Source: Klebsormidium nitens (lineage: Eukaryota > Plantae > Klebsormidiophyceae). From it: a stretch of 64,000 nt of DNA. The translations under genes were made by a program, and so were the position numbers. This document shows, one piece after another, positions 63,287-64,000 of the stretch. The stretch is from NCBI GenBank assembly GCA_000708835.1, contig DF237224.1, forward strand, positions 50,493 through 114,492, given 5' to 3'. Below the pieces are notes generated by a model. That model made no database searches, was not told the DNA's origin, and saw only the letters and a program-made list of their open reading frames with translations. Positions within the stretch are counted from its first letter, which is position 1. Each line of letters starts with the position of its first letter.

Positions 63287-64000
63287 TTCAACAGCAGCTC
63301 TCAGTTTCTGTGCTGAACAGCATAAACTGGAACCTGGTGCCCAAATGGAAGCAGGGACTGAGTAAAGCAGAACTGCAAAGCAATCCCCCCAGCTCTGTTG
63401 AGAGCTATGACCCCCAAAGCCTTTTGCGTGAATTGTGCACCTTCTAGCTACGCTTGGCTACTGTTTACCAGCTAGTCGTCAGCTAAGCGTCAGAAAGATC
63501 ATTCTTTCCAGCATCAAGTTTGACAATTCTGCGTGCAATTTGATCAGGAATTAAAAGCACAGGAGTAGGTGCTGCAGTCCTCGGGAATCCAGAAACAAAC
63601 ACAGCTCAGTTCTCGTTCTGCTTAAGCCCTACCCTGCGCCACTGATCCAATGCGAGAGAAGGTGTTCATGAATAAGATGAACAGATCACAGCTGTCCTGC
63701 TCTAGTCTGGGCCGAAGTCTTCTGCTCGACAACTCTTTGGTCGCCTCAAAATTGTGCCGGTCTTGAGGTTGGGTAACAAGGAAGGCGGCACCGGGCCTCA
63801 GCATCCCGGCAAAGCTGTCCCCAACGACCTCGAGAAACGACAGTCCTCGGGTTCGAAGCGGGAAATTCACGGCGACACAGGCCTTCAAACTTCCGATTCG
63901 TTTGAAAATTAGCTGCCTGCGCTGACCACCCAGCAAGTGCAATGCAGCCTCTACAGCCACAGGCTCAGGCTCTAGAGATTCTAGACTAGAGTCTCTAGAG

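Overview
A gene-dense, intron-rich eukaryotic nuclear region (GT-AG introns, roughly 50-55% GC). It is not prokaryotic: I saw no CRISPR array, rRNA, tRNA or intact transposon. The plant-type gene content (D27, F-box/MYND, GT4, DUF3754, CBM20) suggests a streptophyte green alga such as Klebsormidium; this is an inference. I assembled 12 spliced genes by hand from splice sites, reading phase and remembered family motifs. In order: DUF676 hydrolase (-, runs off the left edge), CDC14-SIN-like ARM protein (+), F-box/MYND (-), GT4 glycosyltransferase-like (+), D27-like isomerase (-), CBM20-TM protein (+), SLC33A1-like acetyl-CoA transporter (-), MPDU1 (+), LYRM9-like (-), COX11 (+), ATD-less glutamate receptor-like channel (-) and DUF3754 (-). 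Five observations stand out. (1) Degenerate tandem echoes of the splice acceptor plus exon start sit inside introns, with synonymous-biased divergence in SLC33A1. (2) A probably plastid-targeted protein has a CBM20 + TM + 11-mer-repeat architecture and is a candidate starch-membrane tether. (3) A minimal iGluR lacks the ATD and the ligand-binding Arg. (4) Gene orientation alternates strictly, with compartment-matched head-to-head pairs. (5) Islands rich in purine-pyrimidine alternation and palindromes occupy each convergent gap. Family names come from recalled motifs, not database searches, and most ORF-track entries are intronic or antisense noise.
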